The position numbers and the translations under genes are program-made. Below are positions 58,943 through 64,000 of a stretch of DNA of 64,000 nucleotides, one piece after another (positions within the stretch are counted from its first letter, which is position 1; every line of letters begins with the position of its first letter). Source of the stretch: the human T2T-CHM13v2.0 reference genome, Homo sapiens; the NCBI RefSeq assembly GCF_009914755.1, contig NC_060926.1. The stretch is one strand, 5' to 3'. Under the pieces are notes generated by a model. It was not told the origin of the DNA, searched no databases, and saw only the letters and a list, made by a program, of their open reading frames with translations.

Positions 58943-59214
58943 TGTAATCCCAGAACTTTGGGAGGCCCAGGAAGATGGATCACTTGAGGTCAGGAGTTTG
59001 AGAGCATCCTGGCCAACATGGCAAAACCCCGTCTCTACTAAAAACACAAAAAATTAGTCAGGCATGGTGGCTCACACCTATAATCCCAGCTACTCAGGAG
59101 GCTGAGATGGGATGATTGCTTGAACGCAGGAGGTGGAGGTTATAGTGAGCTGGATGGTGCTACTGCACTCCAGCCTGGGTGACAGAGTGAGACTCTGTCT
59201 CAAAACAAAACAAA
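58943..59214 (+). mobile_element. Alu (Jb/Sz-like) lacking the first ~22 nt
   Basis: Begins tgtaatcccagaactttgggagg; both arms present; (CAAAA)n tail. Confidence 0.92.
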
Positions 59215-59269
59215 CTAGTATGAATAAGATACAATAAGATAATGGGATATTGCCTATAAAGCTAAAATT

Positions 59270-59590
59270 AGAACATGTGGTCAAGGAAGATCTCTCTTGG
59301 TTGATGATGTGGAATTTATATAACATTATGTTTGGAACCAGACATATGGAAGTCTATCAGTGAATATTTCAAGCAAAGGAACTAGCAAGGGAAGGGGTCC
59401 TGGGGTTGAAATAGTGTCTTCTTATGTAAGAAATGGAAAGCAGGCCAGTGTAGCTGGAGTGTAGGAAGCAATGTGCAGATTGGTGGGTAATGATGAAAGA
59501 GAAATAGGCCTCTTGTGAAATAAGTGAATGAACATAGATCAGTTGGAGCCATAAGGCCATCACAATCTTGCTATGTATCTCAAGTAATCC
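59270..59590 (-). mobile_element. L2 fragment
   Basis: gtcaaggaagatctctct...agcaaaggaactagca...aggccagtgtagctggag...agatca...aggccat. Confidence 0.65.
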
Positions 59591-60959
59591 TATGTGACAA
59601 GTTAAAATTTCTAAAAAAGCAGATTTATCCCAATTTGGCCAGAGACTAGCTCCAAGTTAAATATTTTTCACTTTGGAGGAGGCCTTTCTTCTTGGTAGAT
59701 GTGTTCTCCAGCAAAATTCTTTACCAAATGAAGATTGTTAGTAACTATGCATGGAACTCTGCTCTGTGGAGGCCCCAAACAGAAAGAGCCTGCAATTTCT
59801 ACACACATTCCTACATTGAATCCTTGAATCTATATCTTTTTCTGTCCTTGAAAAAGTGGGGCTTATCGCTAGGCAAACAAAATTTCTGAAATTCATTTAC
59901 CAATCACAAGGAGGGCATAAATTTCCCAACATTCCAATTTTAATTCTTAACAAGTACAAATGTCATTATAGCTTACTCAAATTACCAAACACACCTCTTC
60001 CTTGACTTGTCTGTCTTAAAGAAAACAGTTTCAGTTTAGTTTGTGTTCAGGAAGCAGGGAAGATTATATAACACTTTTAAAATTCAAGGTATGGGTACAT
60101 ATTTTCCAAAGTCTCATAGAAACAATATACTTTATGATTATCATCCACTTTTTAGAAAGTAGTTAAAATTCCTGACAGTATAAGTGTGTACAGATGCTAT
60201 TTTCTGCAATGTATTGGAGGCTTCATGAAACAAAGGGTTAATAAATATAAAAGTGAGCCCATAAATAACATAATTGAGAAAAAAATTTAAATAATAAGAG
60301 TCATATAAACAAATTTTGACCCATGCTTTTCCAAAAGAAATCATGCTTTTCTGATTTGGTTATAGAAAATCCTGAATGTTATTAAGTCAATTATCATACT
60401 TTTTTTAAATTATACTTCAAGTAATCTAAAACAATATTTTCTATATAATGGAAAAAGACTCTAAATAAGAAACTGTACACAAGCACTAGCTGAAGCTTTT
60501 ATTGGTGTGTTTAAATTCATCAAACATTTATAAAGCCTCTACTATAGGTAAAGCATTGTGGGACATAAAGAGGCAAATGTGAAATTGATTCTGTCCTCAG
60601 AGCCTGTTAGAATGTTATAATGAGGATCATAAAAACCAGCATCTTTGTTTTTGGGAAGGTGAGTATTGAGACTCTCATATCTGTGATAGATAAGTCAGTT
60701 GATTTGGACACTTTATATGTAAGTTTCATAGCTACATTTAGGCCTGTATAATGCCAAGCAGGGAAATTGAGGCCCCAAATACAAATATTTAAATGCAATG
60801 TAACCCACACATCCATCACAGATTTTCATTTTGTAAAATTACCCTGATATCCTTTTGATGATTTAACTCTTCCCCACATAATTTATTGTAATGAAGTTCT
60901 CTCCTAGCCTAGCTAAGTAGTAAATGTGGAATCAAAGTTAGACAATTAAATCTTCTTTT

Positions 60960-61225
60960 CCTGAAATATGAATTATGAAGAGATGAATAAAGACACCTAA
61001 ATGTTCAGAGCTCATTCTATTCTTGCAGCTAAATCCCCAAGAGGATGTTCCTGTTATATGACTATATCTGTTCCAAGAACATCTGAACTGCATTGATAAC
61101 TGCCAATTTCCAAGTCTGATTTCTAGTTCTTGTGTGTCCAAATATATCTCCAACAATTCCCCTTCTGCTTATGTTAACTATACTAAGACCATCTTGACTG
61201 CATCTAAAGAATTCTAACAAATAGA
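60960..61225 (+). mobile_element. Possible old MLT1-type LTR 3' half
   Basis: attccccttctgctta...ttgactgcatctaaagaattctaacaaata resembles an MLT1 end and is followed by ERVL-like internal sequence. Confidence 0.4.
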
Positions 61226-61229
61226 AAAC

Positions 61230-63170
61230 AACAATCTAGAGGACTGCATCTATTCAATAGATCCTCAAAGAAATCCATTTGCAATAGGAAGGAAAACACT
61301 CTTCATAATCTGGCATGGGACTTCAGAGTCTGTGAGATGTAAGGATAAAACAAGTAAGTTGCTCTATGGAAGAATTTGCTCTTGGTTATTGCCGCAGATT
61401 ATTGTGAAGAGCAAGAGGAGGTCAAAGGCCACATAGTAGGGTAGTCATAGCTGAATGACTGGAGAAATTCAGAGAAAAAGAATCACCTAGCTCAAATATT
61501 TAAATTTTCTCCTCAGGCTGCACACTGAAACTCAAGGAGTATGCATGATTTTATTAAAACAGCAATCTTCTTACAACTGGGTAGTTGAAATAGCCAAAAA
61601 CCAAAATTTATAAGTGTTTCTGCAGACTGTTGAATTGCAAGTCATCTGTATTCTCAGCCTTGCCTAGTCTCTTGGGTGAAGAGATATTCATGAAAATAAC
61701 ACAAATAAGAAAATAATACAACCTGGAATATTGAAATAGTGTTATCTGGGGGCATCTGGATTTCCCTGATACCTGAAAAATTATCTTCTGCCGTTGCCTT
61801 CCCGTTAGAAGAAATTGACCCTTCCTTCATTGTTCATTTTCTGTTGAAGATGTTGTACCCTCCTCACCTGAGGAAATGCCCTAAGCAGAGGTAGCTTGAT
61901 TTCCTTGTTATTTATCACAACTATTTTTATAAATGGTCTTGCATCCTACTTTTCCAACACTGTTAAATGGATAATATAACCAACAAAAGGAACATAGATC
62001 AGTTGGAGCCATAAGTTTAACAAGAAAGGATTGCTCAAGAAAGTGATTGTAACAATTCATTAAAACTGGGAATGTGTATGTAGAATTGATTTTAGGGAGT
62101 TTTCTGAAGGAAGAAGAAGTATACATTTTGTTTCAGATTGAATGGGAAGTTATGTGTGTGTATATACCAGAGTCCATGTTTAATTCATTCAGGTGGGAGA
62201 GATTCTATCATTATACAGAATAAGTTAATGAAAATCCAGATGAAATAGAGGCCTATTAAAACATGTTTAGTAGAATGATGAATTACACAATAACAAAACT
62301 GATGAATCTACTATATCGATACTCCTGCCTCACTCTCCAAAATATCTGCAAATTTATTTCAGGAACTAAGATTTTTGACATAAACTGGTAATGTAGGCAT
62401 TGCAATCCCTTGAAAAGGGGTTTTAAAAAGTTGTTGAAGCTTGGAATGCTGGTAAGCTTATACTGAATTTTCTATTACCGGTTGACCAAGGTAGAAAAAA
62501 AAAATGAACCTACTTCAGAGATGTCATTGAACATTGTGTTGAAACCAGCCTCAAGTTGATCCAAGGGGCATTAGAATCTCAAAAATAACTTCTCATCCTT
62601 TCTGCCGGGTATAAGAGATATTCTATGATGTGGATTTACTGTGATACAAGGGTAGTATCTAATACTTTGTCTAAATGGTCAAGGAATTAAAGCAACAACA
62701 ACAACAAAGAGAATGGGACATAAGACAATTTGAGTATTTGAGGAAGACATATGTAGTTAAACATCTTGATATGACAGAGATTATGATACTATGCATAGCC
62801 CAGATGAAATGCTTATTAAAAGCCTGACTCTGTAGACAAGGATTTAAAGATGTCATGGATTTCTCCCAGCCTCTTTTTTCAGCATTTCCAGTCTTACTGA
62901 ATTAGTTTGTGGGCAAAGTAGCTGTGGGAGCAGGAGTGGAGTTTATACCTTGGCTCTCTAAAGCTGACTAGGCTACTGCCTTTTGTTATGTGTTTACATT
63001 TCTGGTGGTGGTGATTACCACTGGGTCTCTGATATCATATCCCGGGATAACCAATTAATTCCAAGGGAGAAGATGATCACCTGATTTTTCTTTCCATCAA
63101 ATAAGTAAAAGATATTTGTCTTTACTGATTTAGCTTGTCTTTATCCTGACAACATTCTGAGACTTGCAGA
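61230..63170 (+). mobile_element. Highly decayed ERVL/MaLR internal region (gag-like, then integrase-like)
   Basis: gggcatctggat...cctcacctgaggaaatgcc (gag-like); aagctgactaggctactgcc...ttccatca...tttgtctttactg (ERVL integrase-like). Confidence 0.55.
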
Positions 63171-63444
63171 CAATATAACTTGCAGTCTCAGTGAAAATGT
63201 AGTGTGATTATATATTTGTCAAGACACTTGGCACCTTGCCTGCTATATGGCAAGGCTCAACCATTGCTCAAATTTAGTTGTTTTTTTTTTTGCCTGATAT
63301 TTAATTAGGCATAACGACATAATTATTGAATGAGGAAAGAATAGGTGAAGGAGAGACTGAAATAATGAGCGTGATCTAGAGAAAAATAGGTATATGTGGC
63401 ATTTTAGAGTCTTTTCCTAGTTATCTATATTAAATTATTTCTTT

Positions 63445-64000
63445 GTTAATTTTCTGCTTCGATGATGTGTCTGATATTCTCAGTGGAGTGTTGAAGTCTT
63501 CTACTATTACTGTATTGGTTTCTAAGTCTCTTGGTAGGTCTCTAAGAATTTGCTTTATGAATCTGGGTGCTCCTGTGTTGGGTGCATATATATTTCGAAC
63601 AGTTAGGTCTTCTTGTTGAATTGAACCCTTTACCATTATGTAAGGCCCTTCTTTGTCTTTTTTTATCTCTGTTGGTTTAAAGTCTGTTTTGTTTGAAATT
63701 AAGTTTGTAACCCCTGCTTTTTTTCTGATTTCCATTTACTTTGTAGATATTCCTTTATCCCTTTATTTTGAGCCTATGGGTGTCATTACATGTGAGATGA
63801 ATCTCAGAGACAGCATACCATTTGGTCTTGCCTTTTTATACAGCTTGCCACTCTGCCTTTTACGTGAGGGATTTAACTTGTCTACATTTAAGGTTAGTAC
63901 TGATAGTGTGAATTTGATCCTGGCATTGTATTATTAGCTAGTTACTGTGCCAGCTTGTTTCTGTGGTTGCTTTATAGTGTCACTGGTCTGTGTATTTAAG
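63445..64000 (-). mobile_element. L1P (older L1PA) ORF2 N-terminus/endonuclease, continuing beyond the right edge
   Basis: ORF 63430-63735 gives KKAGVTNLISNKTDFKPTEIKKDKEG...NIYAPNTGAPRFIKQILRDL...DFNTPL. Confidence 0.93.

Noticed and set aside
63158-63192. Small hairpin ctgagact(t)gca...tgcagtctcag
   Set aside because: An ~11-bp stem is plausible by chance and has no supporting context.

Overview
This is AT-rich primate (human-like) non-coding DNA, either a gene desert or the inside of a large intron. I found no protein-coding exon I can support. The recognisable ORFs are decayed LINE-1 ORF1/ORF2 pieces, an ERV gag stub, or Alu/LTR read-through. The window is dominated by transposons: four large L1s (a 5'-intact L1PB, a 5'-inverted L1PA4/5-like copy, a full-length L1PA8-like copy and a partial L1P at the right edge), ten Alus, a two-LTR ERV1 provirus that hosts an L1 and an Alu, solo MER4 and MER50 LTRs with perfect 4-bp TSDs, MaLR/ERVL relics, Tigger3b, MER96, and MIR/L2/L3 fragments. 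I see no new multi-gene system. The most unusual structure is a ~240-bp poly(A)-tailed retro-insertion with a perfect 14-bp TSD (56720-56985) that carries a U6/L1 chimera in antisense orientation. There are also several local templated copies: an exact 26-mer repeated 2.46 kb apart, a ~180-bp segment copied 1.65 kb away, and hairpin template switches. Repeat subfamily names come from remembered consensus sequences and need RepeatMasker/Dfam confirmation. Boundaries of old elements are approximate.
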